Source of the DNA: Alphaproteobacteria bacterium
GTDB taxonomy: Bacteria > Pseudomonadota > Alphaproteobacteria > CAAGCB01 > CAG-977
Assembly (NCBI GenBank): GCA_900768845.1
Contig: CAAGEK010000024.1
Coordinates: 3,001 to 67,000, forward strand
DNA: 64,000 nucleotides
Direction: 5' to 3'
Shown here: in pieces, positions 35,623 to 45,001 of the stretch
How positions within the stretch are numbered: the stretch's first letter is position 1
Layout of the letters: each line of letters begins with the position of its first letter
The notes under the pieces: generated by a model
The model's database searches: none
What the model saw: the letters and a program-made list of their open reading frames with translations, nothing else
What the model was told of the DNA's origin: nothing
Translations under genes and position numbers: made by a program

Positions 35623-37992
35623 ATGACAGATGTAAAACCGTTTGCCGAATTGATGGATTTGGTTAATCCCTTAAACGGGACAATCGACCCTGCGGATGAA
35701 AAATTGGCGCGGGAGGTTTTGCAGGCTTTGGAAAAACACCCCGCATCCCGGGAAGCTGTCGACAATTGGGCAAAAGCCGGATACGAAGTCGTTTTCGCTA
35801 ATATGAGTACCAAGGTTTTTCACGGATCAAAGCGTTTCATTTTAAGCAAAAGGGATACTCCGGATAAACTGGCGGACAGTATTGTCGCTTCATCCGAAGG
35901 GCTGACGTTGAATCAGTTGAAGTTTGTCTTTCCCAAGCGGAAAGAAGAGGCGGATTCTTTCAAGGATTCGCTGTCCCGCATTTTAGGAAACGACGCTCAG
36001 CGGGAACGCTACGGCAAAATGCTGGATGAGCTTTATTCCCGCCCCGAAGGAAAGAAATTGTTGGAACGTTTGGCGTTTCACAATACGCGTGTCGCTTTTA
36101 ATACGGATGTGGTCGGAGATGAACGCGGAACGTTTGATAAGCGGTATGATTGCATCCTTTTGAACGAAAACCTGTCCGGCAAGGAGCTGTCCGAAACGTT
36201 TGAAACCTTGGCGAAAGAAGCCGTCGCTTATGCCGAACGGCCGAACCGTCAGGTGTTGAAAGAGGCTTTTGAGACAAAAACGCCCGAAGAAGAAGGATTG
36301 GCGGAACGTTTGATCGAAACGGCTTATAAAACGCCTGTCGGGGCGGAAATAATGGATCAAATGGCAAAGGCGGGCTATTCGATCCACTTTGAAAACATCC
36401 CTCCGCGAAAAGACGGTACGATAACCTTCGGATTTTGCAGTTTTTCCTCTCGCCGGATTGTTTTGGATCCGAAACATCCGTTTGAAAGCATGATATCGAC
36501 CTTTGTTCATGAATCGGAACACGCCCTTCAAAATGAAAGATATGCGAAAAGCGGACTGGACAGACGGAAATTAGACGTTGCATCCATGTTTAAAAAATCA
36601 CGCGCCATGGAAGCGGACGCCTGCGCGCACGAAGCGTTGTTCGCATGGCAGATTAAGGATGTCCATCCCGAAATCTATCAGTATAACCAAAGCGACGATA
36701 TAAACCGTGCTTTTATTCGTGAAATGGAAAACAGCGGCGATCCGTCCAAATCCATGTCTGCGGCATTTATGCAATGGTATGATTCCGAGGGCAGGCAGGG
36801 GAGCTATGAAAAGGATCATTTTGAATACGCGGAACATACGGCGAGATGCGGAATAGCGCGTCAAGTGTACGGATATTTTTCCGACGAGGCGTCTTCGAAA
36901 GAGGTTTTGGACGGCTGTCTGGTCGGGGGTAAGCCCTATGTCGAGCCCTCATTTTTGGATTCTCCGATTGCAACGGCGATTAAGGATGAAACCAAACAAA
37001 AGCTGGACGCCCTGATGCTGAATTATTCCCGTGCCGTCGAAACAAAGATGGATACGTCGTTATTCAATATGGCTTCCAGAGAAAAATTGGCCGCCGAGCG
37101 TCGAAAACAGGCGGAATTGGAAAGTATGTATCGGGATACTTTCAGAAATGAAGGTTTCAATAGTGAGGAGCAAAAGGCTTTAGTTCAGGGAATATTGGAC
37201 TGTCCGGAAGGGGAAAAGGCGGCGGAGCGTCTGAAGGGCGTTAATCTGTGGTTTGAAAAATCGGACAAGCCGATGGAATATATGCCGCAGGCAAACGCGC
37301 TGATCGTTGATCCCGATCGTATTCCCGAAGCCGCACGGGAAGCGGTAAGGCACAGCCGGCTTATCGAAGGCGGAAAACTGGCTCATAAGTGCGGAAATGC
37401 GGGTTTGCTTGCTTTCAAACCTTCGTTGTTGGTGTCGCCGAAAGAGGAAGCCCGAAGGTTGCAAAGCGTTATGGACGTTATGTGTGTCCGCGAGAAAAAC
37501 ACTCCGATGATGGTTCGGGAAATGAAAGCCCTGAATTATGAAATCGCTTTCAGCGATGATATATGCGGGGACAGCATCGCTTCCGTTCCGCGGAGGAGAC
37601 GGATGATCGTGTTGCATACCGATGCTTCAAACACTCCGGAAATGTTGGCGGATGCGATGTTAAAGGAAATGAAGAAACTTCCCGAACGTCATGCCGCCGA
37701 AATGCCGGTGGCGCGTTTGGCAGCCGTTGAAAAAATGCGGCAGGAAATGTTTGAAAAGGGAAAAATCGAACAAATCAGTTCCGTGCATCCGACTGCCGAA
37801 ACTCACGGCAAGCAACAATCCGCAGAAGAGCCGGCCAAGCTGTCTCAAGCCGTCGAAAAAACGGCCGGACAACGGCAATCCGGCGCGCCGTCCAAATCTT
37901 CGTTGCACGGGGTTTTGACTGAAATCGACCAAAAACAACGAATCGGGCAACTCCGGCAGAAAATCGCGTCCGTAAAATCAGCAGGGCGTTAA
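35623..37992 (+). CDS. Large hypothetical protein, member of the HExxH...EADAxAHE paralog family (putative zincin-like domain plus extra N/C regions)
   Basis: About 789 aa from ATG 35623. The central block FVHESEHALQNERY...RAMEADACAHEALFAWQ aligns with the other two copies. Multiple Cys residues and no signal peptide. Confidence 0.72.
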   Translation: MTDVKPFAELMDLVNPLNGTIDPADEKLAREVLQALEKHPASREAVDNWAKAGYEVVFANMSTKVFHGSKRFILSKRDTPDKLADSIVASSEGLTLNQLKFVFPKRKEEADSFKDSLSRILGNDAQRERYGKMLDELYSRPEGKKLLERLAFHNTRVAFNTDVVGDERGTFDKRYDCILLNENLSGKELSETFETLAKEAVAYAERPNRQVLKEAFETKTPEEEGLAERLIETAYKTPVGAEIMDQMAKAGYSIHFENIPPRKDGTITFGFCSFSSRRIVLDPKHPFESMISTFVHESEHALQNERYAKSGLDRRKLDVASMFKKSRAMEADACAHEALFAWQIKDVHPEIYQYNQSDDINRAFIREMENSGDPSKSMSAAFMQWYDSEGRQGSYEKDHFEYAEHTARCGIARQVYGYFSDEASSKEVLDGCLVGGKPYVEPSFLDSPIATAIKDETKQKLDALMLNYSRAVETKMDTSLFNMASREKLAAERRKQAELESMYRDTFRNEGFNSEEQKALVQGILDCPEGEKAAERLKGVNLWFEKSDKPMEYMPQANALIVDPDRIPEAAREAVRHSRLIEGGKLAHKCGNAGLLAFKPSLLVSPKEEARRLQSVMDVMCVREKNTPMMVREMKALNYEIAFSDDICGDSIASVPRRRRMIVLHTDASNTPEMLADAMLKEMKKLPERHAAEMPVARLAAVEKMRQEMFEKGKIEQISSVHPTAETHGKQQSAEEPAKLSQAVEKTAGQRQSGAPSKSSLHGVLTEIDQKQRIGQLRQKIASVKSAGR

Positions 37993-38004
37993 GGTAGGGA
38001 AAAA

Positions 38005-38916
38005 ATGGGAAATTCAGATAAACGTTATCCTCCGTTTCAGCTTCAAAACGCTTTGTGGGCGAACGGGGGAGCCGACCGCGAACGGTTCGGAAGCCTGTTG
38101 TCCGTTGCCTATGAATCCCGAAAAGGGGCTGATATGTTGGACGAGGTTTCAACGCTGGGGTACAAATTCATGTACGAAGGGCTTTGGAACGTCAATGCGG
38201 CGTGCAACCATATTACAAAAACGATAGTGATGGATTCGTATCATACGTCGGAAAATATGGCGCCGGCTTTCATTCACGAAGTCAATCACGCGTTGCAATT
38301 CAGCCGTATCGGCAAAGACGTGTCAAAGTTGAACGCGGCGGATTACATCGTCTTGCACAGGGCGTTGGAGGCCGACGCCTGTGCGCATCAGGCGGCGTTT
38401 ACATGGGAAATGAAAGACAACCATCCCCGAATGTTTCAAGAGGAAATGAAATCGCCGATAATGCGGGCGTATGCGGCCGAAATGGAAAAAAGCGGCGATA
38501 TCCGAAAAGCGATGCGCGCTTCTTTTGAATCGTGGTTTGATTTCAAGACGTATCGGGATGTTTATGAAGAGGGGCATTGCAAAGACGTTATGCACATATG
38601 TTCCTTGGCTGAAAAAAATCCGGACGGGGGGTATTTCTCCGATTCATTTTCCGTGGCGGAAATCTGCAAGGTATGCCATTTGGAAGAAAAGCCCTATATC
38701 AATCCCGATTTTTTGAAATCCGACAAAGCACGGGCGGTGTCTGCCGAAACAAAGAGGAAATTAAGCTCCGCTTTGTTGGAAGTCAGCAGGAAAAGCGGCC
38801 TGATTGCCGATAAGTCCGTTGCCGCTTTGCCTGTTTACAAGGAAAACGCCGCTTCGGAAAAGACGGCGGTTTTGTCGGCGGCAGTGAAAAAACGGGTGCA
38901 AAATTCCGGACGTTGA
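38005..38916 (+). CDS. Hypothetical protein, member of the HExxH...EADAxAHQ paralog family
   Basis: 303 aa with a good ribosome-binding site (AAGGTAGGG). FIHEVNHALQFSRIG...RALEADACAHQAAFTWEM. Directly downstream of the large paralog. Confidence 0.72.
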   Translation: MGNSDKRYPPFQLQNALWANGGADRERFGSLLSVAYESRKGADMLDEVSTLGYKFMYEGLWNVNAACNHITKTIVMDSYHTSENMAPAFIHEVNHALQFSRIGKDVSKLNAADYIVLHRALEADACAHQAAFTWEMKDNHPRMFQEEMKSPIMRAYAAEMEKSGDIRKAMRASFESWFDFKTYRDVYEEGHCKDVMHICSLAEKNPDGGYFSDSFSVAEICKVCHLEEKPYINPDFLKSDKARAVSAETKRKLSSALLEVSRKSGLIADKSVAALPVYKENAASEKTAVLSAAVKKRVQNSGR

Positions 38917-38990
38917 GGGATCGGGCGTTTTTCCCGTTTCCTGTCAACCGTAAAACCTTGGAGCGTGAAAAAGCGGGGGGTATCCTTTCC

Positions 38991-39234
38991 CTGTCTTTTG
39001 CTTGGCAATAGGGTGTTTCGGATGTCGTCGTCTGCCAAAATAAGAGGGGGGCTTTCGCACGCCGGCCGTTTCCGGCGTTGGCATCCGCGCCACCCCGACG
39101 GCATGAAAGAAACGCTTCCTTTCACCGCTCCGCCATCCCCCTGTCTTTTGCGTGGCAATAGGGTGTTTCGGATGTCGTCGTCTGCCAAAATAAGAGGGGG
39201 CTTTCGCACGCCGGCCGTTTCCGGCGTTGGCATC
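38991..39234. repeat. Two copies of a ~95-bp direct repeat (period 150 bp) in a convergent intergenic region
   Basis: Copy 1 is 38991-39085 and copy 2 is 39141-39234. They are near-identical (CTGTCTTTTGC[T/G]TGGCAATAGGGTGTTTCGGATGTCGTCGTCTGCCAAAATAAGAGGGGG[G]CTTTCGCACGCCGGCCGTTTCCGGCGTTGGCATC). They differ by one substitution and a G6 vs G5 tract. Each contains a CGCCGG/CCGGCG hairpin. Confidence 0.6.
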
Positions 39235-39296
39235 GCAACACGTCGGAAAGAAAGAGAAAACGGGGAGGGGGGGCCCTTTCCGAACATCCGGAAAAT

Positions 39297-42200
39297 TTAC
39301 TTCGCAACGGACATCATCAGCTTGATGCGGTTGTTTTGATTGGTTTCGTCGGTTCCGGGGGCATAATCCAGAGCGATAATGTTCGCATCGGGATAACGGG
39401 ATTTGATTTCGTTGACAAAGCCTTTTCCCGTGATGTGGTTCGGCAGGCATCCGAACGGTTGAACGCACAGGACGTTGTTTACGCCCGCATCCAACAATTC
39501 GACGATTTCTCCGGTCAACAGCCAGCCTTCGCCCGTTTGATGTCCCAAAGAGATAATGTTTTTTACTTTTCCCTTTAATTCTTTGAAGGAAAGGGGTGGT
39601 TCAAAACGTTTGCTGAGCCGGAAACCCAAATGCAACGGTAAACGGAACAGTTCGGCAATCGTGATGTCGATTTTTCCTGAAACCGCCGATTTCCACGATC
39701 CGCTTATGTGGTTGTAGTTGAAAATGCGGTCGTAAAAACCGTAGAGCATGAAGTCCGTAAAATCGGGAATGACGACTTCCCCTCCTTCGGATTTGATGAT
39801 TTCGGCGGTACGGCTGTTCGCATCAAAGGGATACATCAACAATTTCTCTCCGACCAGCCCGATGCGGGGTTTTTTCTTCGTTTCGTCAATCGGAACGGCG
39901 TCAAATTCGCGAATCATTTTAAGTATGTTCAGATTGAATTTGAATATGTTTCCGTCTTTGATGTTTTCTTTTGCCCGCTCCGACCATTTATCCGCCAGCG
40001 TCCGTATCGAACCTTGTTCTTTTTCGTAAGGGGAAAGCCGGTTTGTCATACGCATCAGCGCGTCGCCATAGCATTCCGCCATAAGGAAACGCAATAACGC
40101 CTTTTTGCCGATCGTAAGGCCGGAGCTTTCGTTTCCGCCGACATTAAGGGGCAGGACGGGAAGCTGATTCAATCCGCAACGAGCCAATGCACGACGCAAC
40201 AGGACGGCATAATTCGACGCCCTGCATCCGTCGCAGATTTGAGTGATCAACAAAACGACCTTGTCCGCCTTGTATTTTCCCGAGGTTATTGCCTGAAGCA
40301 ACTGGCCTATGACGACAACGGCCGGAAAACAAACGTCGTTGTTGACGTGTTTCAATCCCAGCTCGACGGCGTCCTTGTCGGCTGTGGGTAACACGGCGGT
40401 TTTATATCCTTCCGCGGCTAAAACGGCTTCAATAAATTGAAAATGAAGGGGCGCAATCCTTGGAATCAAAATGGTATGCGTTTTTTTCATTTCTTCCGTA
40501 AAAACGGCGTCTTGCGTGTCCGGTTTCCGTTCTTCTCCGTTTTCAAAGCCGTTTCTCTTCTTTAGTGCGGCTACCAGAGAGCGGATGCGGATTTTTTCAG
40601 AGCCGGCGTTCGCCCCTTCGTCAATTTTGATTTGTGCATATAAACGTCCTTTGGCGGACAGGATTTCTTCGGCCTGATCCGTTGTAATCGCATCCGGACC
40701 GCATCCGAAGGAAACCAGTTGTAAAAAGGCGAAATTGTCTGCATTCGCCGCAAAATCCGCCGCTTGATACAAACGGGCTGTCCATTGGTCGCGGACTCTG
40801 AGCGTTAAGGACGAATGTTCCGCATCCGCGACGGAATCCTCTGTCAGGACGGCCGCTCCGCAAGCGTTGATCAATTCGGGGACGCCGTGGTTGACTGCCG
40901 GATCGACGTGGTACGGACGGCCGGCCAAAATAACGGCCGGTTTGCCGGTTTCATTTATTTCCCTGACGGCTTCAATCCCCTTTTGCCGTATGTCGCGGCG
41001 GAAAAGAGCCTGTTCTTCAAATCCGGCTTTAACGGCTTTTTTCAATTCCCCGAGAGGAATGCCGGAAAACAAAGGTACGGATTTCAGGCGTTCGGGAAGG
41101 CGGGTCGCGTCAAGCGGCAGGAACGGCGTAAACACGGGCGTTCCTTCCACTTCCGGAATGTTTTTGGACAAGACTTCGGGATAACCGCTGACGACGGGAC
41201 AGTTGAAGCCGTCGGATTGCGATTTAAATTCTTTTTGTTCGCGGGGAATACACGGAAAGAAAACGGCGTCGACCCCTTTTTCGATTAAATCGATGATATG
41301 CCCGTGCGCCAGTTTCGCAGGATAGCATATCGTTTGCGACGGAACGGAAGAACAGCCGCGGAAAAACATTTTCTTTGACGATGCGCCGGACAGTTCGACC
41401 CTGAATCCCAATCGTGTCAAAACCGTAAACCACAGCGGATAGTTTTCGTACATATTCAAGGCGCGGGGAATGCCGACCGTGCCCCGAAAAGCGTCTTCGG
41501 CCGCCAGAGGGGAATAATGATCGAACAAGCGTTTGTATTTATAGGCGTACAGGTTGATGCTGTCGTTTTTCGGTGTTCCCGATCCCTTTTCACACCGGTT
41601 GCCCGATATGTAGTTTTTCTTTCCGCCGAAATTCGTCACCGTCAGAGCGCAGTTGTCGGCACACTGTCCGCATCGGACATTCGTCGTTTTCAGTCGAAGG
41701 TTTTCAAGTTCTTCCAATGAAAGCAACTGTGTCCGTATGCCGTTTTCGGGGCCTCTTTCTTTTGCGATCAATGCGGCTCCGAACGCTCCGGACAATTCCG
41801 ACAGGGGAGGGCGGATGACGGTTTTTCCGATTTGAAGCTCCAACGCACGCAACAACGCGTCGTTCAAAAAGGCTCCGCCCTGTGCGACGATGCAATCGCC
41901 CAATTCCGAAACATCGTTAATCTTCATAACCTTGTGGCAGGCGTTTTTGATAACGGAATATGACAAACCCGCCGCAATGTCGCCGATGGAAATGCCTTCT
42001 TTTTGCGCCTGTTTGACTTTCGAGTTCATAAAAACCGTGCAACGCGTCCCCAAATCCGCGGGGCGTTTCGCATTCAACGCCGCTTCCACAAAAGCGTCCA
42101 AATCCATGTTCAGCGATTTTGCAAAGTTTTCGATAAAAGATCCGCATCCCGCCGAACACGCTTCGTTCAGGCTGATTTTTTCAATCAGTCCGTCTTTTAT

Positions 42201-43514
42201 TTTCATACATTTGATGTCTTGACCGCCGATGTCCAGAACAAAGCTGACGTTCGGGGCGAAGAAACGCGCCGCCTGACAATGGGCGACGGTTTCCACTTCG
42301 TCTATATCCGCTTTCAATCCCGCTTTGACCAATGCTCCGCCGTATCCCGTCGCGGCGGCGGCTTTTATGTCGATTTTGCCGCGACCCAGAGTGCGGATTT
42401 CCTTTAAAATGCGGACGGCTACCGAAAACGGGTCGCCTTCGTTCAATCCGTAATAGGAATAAATCAGACGCCCCCGGGCATCGATAAGGGCGGCTTTGAT
42501 CGTTGTCGATCCGCTGTCAATGCCCAGCCAGGCTTCTCCTTCATAATCCGCTCCGGCAAAGATTGAAGAATCGAACCTCCGGTGGCGTTCGTAAAAGGCC
42601 TGACGGTCGTTTTCGTTTTGAAACAATGGAGGAAGCCGGCGGATGTCGCGGTCTTTGCCGGCGTGTTCCAATGCCGTGACGATTTCCGACAACGGGCGTT
42701 TTTCCCCCTTTCCCGATATTGCGTAAAGAGCGGCTCCGAACGCTCCGAAAAGTTCCGCGCTTTTGGGGAACACGGCATTTTTGTCGTCCAGTTTCAACGT
42801 ATCGACGAAACAGCGACGCAAGGATTTGATAAAGGCCAAGGGGCCTCCCAAAAAGACGACCCGTCCTTTGATTTCCCGTCCGCGTGCCAACCCGCCGATA
42901 AATTGATTGGCGACCGCTTGCATGACGGACATGGCGATGTCGGCCTTGGAACATCCTTCGTTGATCAAGGGCACGATGTCCGTTTTGGCAAATACGCCGC
43001 ACCGTGAAGCGATCGGGTAGATGTTTTTGTGCATCAAAGCCAGCTTGTCCAGTTCGGGCGTTTCGACGTTCAAAAGGGACGCCATTTGATCGATGAAGGC
43101 TCCCGTTCCGCCGGCACACGTTTCGTTCATACGCAGATCCGTTCCGCCCGTCAGGTACGTCAGTTTGGCGTCCTCTCCGCCCAGTTCGACAATGACGTCG
43201 GCGTCGGGAATGCGGTTTTTGATGCTCAGCCCCGCGGCAATAACCTCTTGCACGAAATCGAAATTCAAAGCCGTGCAAAGGGATAACGCGCCGGATCCCG
43301 TAAAAGCGATTTTGACGTTTGCATCGGGAAAAACGGCTTGGATGTCATGAAAAACGGAAACGATTTTTTCACGGACTTCGGACATATGGCGTTGATAAGT
43401 TGAAAATAAGATAACGCCGTTTTCATCCGTCGCCACAATCTTTACCGTCGTGGAACCGATGTCCGTGCCGATGTATAAGGTCTTGTCAACCATGTTTTTC
43501 CCTGCTTTTACCAT
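39297..43514 (-). CDS. Fusion of two BadF/BadG/BcrA/BcrD-type (CoA-enzyme activase) ATPase domains with a 2-hydroxyacyl-CoA-dehydratase-like domain
   Basis: Up to 1405 aa (alternative start ATG 43493). Two ASKHA-fold activase N-motifs (LYIGTDIGSTTVKIV; WLGIDSGSTTIKAAL) and a Cys-rich dehydratase-like C-terminal half. This architecture is typical of anaerobes. Confidence 0.75.
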   Translation of the reverse strand: MVKAGKNMVDKTLYIGTDIGSTTVKIVATDENGVILFSTYQRHMSEVREKIVSVFHDIQAVFPDANVKIAFTGSGALSLCTALNFDFVQEVIAAGLSIKNRIPDADVIVELGGEDAKLTYLTGGTDLRMNETCAGGTGAFIDQMASLLNVETPELDKLALMHKNIYPIASRCGVFAKTDIVPLINEGCSKADIAMSVMQAVANQFIGGLARGREIKGRVVFLGGPLAFIKSLRRCFVDTLKLDDKNAVFPKSAELFGAFGAALYAISGKGEKRPLSEIVTALEHAGKDRDIRRLPPLFQNENDRQAFYERHRRFDSSIFAGADYEGEAWLGIDSGSTTIKAALIDARGRLIYSYYGLNEGDPFSVAVRILKEIRTLGRGKIDIKAAAATGYGGALVKAGLKADIDEVETVAHCQAARFFAPNVSFVLDIGGQDIKCMKIKDGLIEKISLNEACSAGCGSFIENFAKSLNMDLDAFVEAALNAKRPADLGTRCTVFMNSKVKQAQKEGISIGDIAAGLSYSVIKNACHKVMKINDVSELGDCIVAQGGAFLNDALLRALELQIGKTVIRPPLSELSGAFGAALIAKERGPENGIRTQLLSLEELENLRLKTTNVRCGQCADNCALTVTNFGGKKNYISGNRCEKGSGTPKNDSINLYAYKYKRLFDHYSPLAAEDAFRGTVGIPRALNMYENYPLWFTVLTRLGFRVELSGASSKKMFFRGCSSVPSQTICYPAKLAHGHIIDLIEKGVDAVFFPCIPREQKEFKSQSDGFNCPVVSGYPEVLSKNIPEVEGTPVFTPFLPLDATRLPERLKSVPLFSGIPLGELKKAVKAGFEEQALFRRDIRQKGIEAVREINETGKPAVILAGRPYHVDPAVNHGVPELINACGAAVLTEDSVADAEHSSLTLRVRDQWTARLYQAADFAANADNFAFLQLVSFGCGPDAITTDQAEEILSAKGRLYAQIKIDEGANAGSEKIRIRSLVAALKKRNGFENGEERKPDTQDAVFTEEMKKTHTILIPRIAPLHFQFIEAVLAAEGYKTAVLPTADKDAVELGLKHVNNDVCFPAVVVIGQLLQAITSGKYKADKVVLLITQICDGCRASNYAVLLRRALARCGLNQLPVLPLNVGGNESSGLTIGKKALLRFLMAECYGDALMRMTNRLSPYEKEQGSIRTLADKWSERAKENIKDGNIFKFNLNILKMIREFDAVPIDETKKKPRIGLVGEKLLMYPFDANSRTAEIIKSEGGEVVIPDFTDFMLYGFYDRIFNYNHISGSWKSAVSGKIDITIAELFRLPLHLGFRLSKRFEPPLSFKELKGKVKNIISLGHQTGEGWLLTGEIVELLDAGVNNVLCVQPFGCLPNHITGKGFVNEIKSRYPDANIIALDYAPGTDETNQNNRIKLMMSVAK

Positions 43515-43904
43515 ATCTTACATCTTAATGAGCCTAAAAGGTTTCCGTCAATCTGGCGACCTGTATATAAAACTAAAGTTATATTTATAGTTTCTATTAA
43601 AGATTGATATATCCTGAAATGAGTTTTTTTTCGACCTGACGCAAAAAGGAAAAAGTATCCGGATCAGGCGGGTGACGGCCGGTGAAGGAGGGATAAAACC
43701 GGCGGAAGCGGTGAAGCTGTCAGGGAGTGTATCATTTTAGACAATAGGGAAAAATTCAAAAGTGGCGGAGTTCTGCGGTTGTTTTGAAAAAATCGGCGGA
43801 AAAAGAATTTTCTTTTTAGACTCAATTTTGATTAAAAACCGATCGTTAAGCATCACTATTCGCACAGGATCGTCAATAATTCATACATTCACATCGGTGT
43901 TTTT

Positions 43905-44444
43905 ATGAACGGCAACATTGTCGGGAGTCTGCAATTTGGTTATTTGCTTACTCCGAGAGCTATGAAAAAAATCGTTGCGGGAACTGAAATAGGAGAATAT
44001 CTGGAACTTAACCGAATGTGGCTTTCAGACGTTGCTCCAAAAAACAGCGAAAGCCAAGCGATCAGCTACGCATTTAAATATATTAAGCGTGTCTGTCCGA
44101 TGGTCAAGTGGGTTCAGTCATTCGCCGATGAACGGTGCGGTCGTTTGGGCGTTGTTTATCAGGCGTCAAATTTCCTTTATCTTGGTTATCATCTGACGAG
44201 CTTTTTCGAGCTGGATAGCGAAACGTACCATGAAATGCTGCTGACATGTTATAAAAAAGGAGGAAATCGCGCTAATTATCTACGAGCGAATCTTGACCGA
44301 GCCGTTAAGCACACGTTGAGGCAATTTAGGTATATTTACTTTATAAAACAAAAGTATCGAAAACACCTGAATTTTGCGGTTTATCCCTATCCGAGGCCCG
44401 GAGAAGAAAGTTTTAATGAAAAGCTTTTGAAAAAAGCCGCATGA
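43905..44444 (+). CDS. Hypothetical protein (possible acyltransferase-like fold) in an islet adjacent to tRNA-Lys
   Basis: 179 aa, lower GC than flanks. Followed by a clear terminator. No confident family assignment. Confidence 0.45.
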   Translation: MNGNIVGSLQFGYLLTPRAMKKIVAGTEIGEYLELNRMWLSDVAPKNSESQAISYAFKYIKRVCPMVKWVQSFADERCGRLGVVYQASNFLYLGYHLTSFFELDSETYHEMLLTCYKKGGNRANYLRANLDRAVKHTLRQFRYIYFIKQKYRKHLNFAVYPYPRPGEESFNEKLLKKAA

Positions 44445-44471
44445 CGATAAAAAAAACGTGGATGAAAAGAA

Positions 44472-44512
44472 AACGCAGGATAGTTTTAAATTAAATCTAT
44501 CCTGCGTTTTTG
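44472..44512 (+). terminator. Rho-independent terminator
   Basis: CGCAGGATAG...CTATCCTGCG stem followed by TTTTT. Confidence 0.5.
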
Positions 44513-44789
44513 GTATCAATGAACCATTTGAAAAAAGTTAAAACTAAGTTGCGTTTCGGTTAAAACTAACCTGCGCGCTACATGAAAACCGTCTCTTTCA
44601 TTACAGTCCGCTTGTTATGAAAAATGAGTCTAAAAAATCTGACGGAAATGTCTGAAATCATTCACCGCGTTACAGAAGCCGTGTTTCGGGACGGCTTTTC
44701 CGCCTTTTTAAAGGGACGGGGGAGGGGGCGTTCGTCCGGAAACGATGAAGGCCGAAGCGCAGGGAAGCCATCCGTTTTCTGCGGAAATA

Positions 44790-44822
44790 CAAAAAAGCGG
44801 CAGACATGATGCTACCGCTTTT
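44790..44822 (-). terminator. Rho-independent terminator downstream of tRNA-Lys
   Basis: On the minus strand: GCGGUAGCAUCAUGUCUGCCGC hairpin (one G-U pair) followed by UUUUUU. Confidence 0.45.
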
Positions 44823-44827
44823 GTTTA

Positions 44828-44903
44828 TGGTGAGCGTGCCGGGACTCGAACCCGGGGCCACCTGATTAAAAGTCAAGTGCTCTACCAACTGAGCTACACG
44901 CCC
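44828..44903 (-). tRNA. tRNA-Lys (anticodon TTT)
   Basis: Reverse complement GGGCGTGTAGCTCAGTTGGTAGAGCACTTGACTTTTAATCAGGTGGCCCCGGGTTCGAGTCCCGGCACGCTCACCA. Cloverleaf with a 7-bp acceptor stem (one G-U pair), a CTTTTAA anticodon loop, a TTCGAGT T-loop and encoded CCA. Confidence 0.9.
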
Positions 44904-45001
44904 GATCACCGTGACCGTCACCATATAGATATCTGCTCTTCAGGTCAACAACTTTTTTTATTTTTTTCCGATTTTTTCGCAAAAATAAAACCGGCCGGCC
45001 G

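Noticed and set aside
38965-39339. 124-aa + strand ORF with an internally repeated peptide (CLLLGNRVFRMSSSAKIRGG twice)
   Set aside because: The peptide repeat simply reflects translation across the 95-bp DNA direct repeat. There is no ribosome-binding site and the reading is Arg-rich. I treat the region as a non-coding repeat.
42541-43278. 245-aa minus-strand ORF in an alternative frame, plus several + strand ORFs at 39.3-43.3 kb
   Set aside because: All lie inside the 1405-aa activase/dehydratase gene in other frames or antisense. Arg-rich artefacts.
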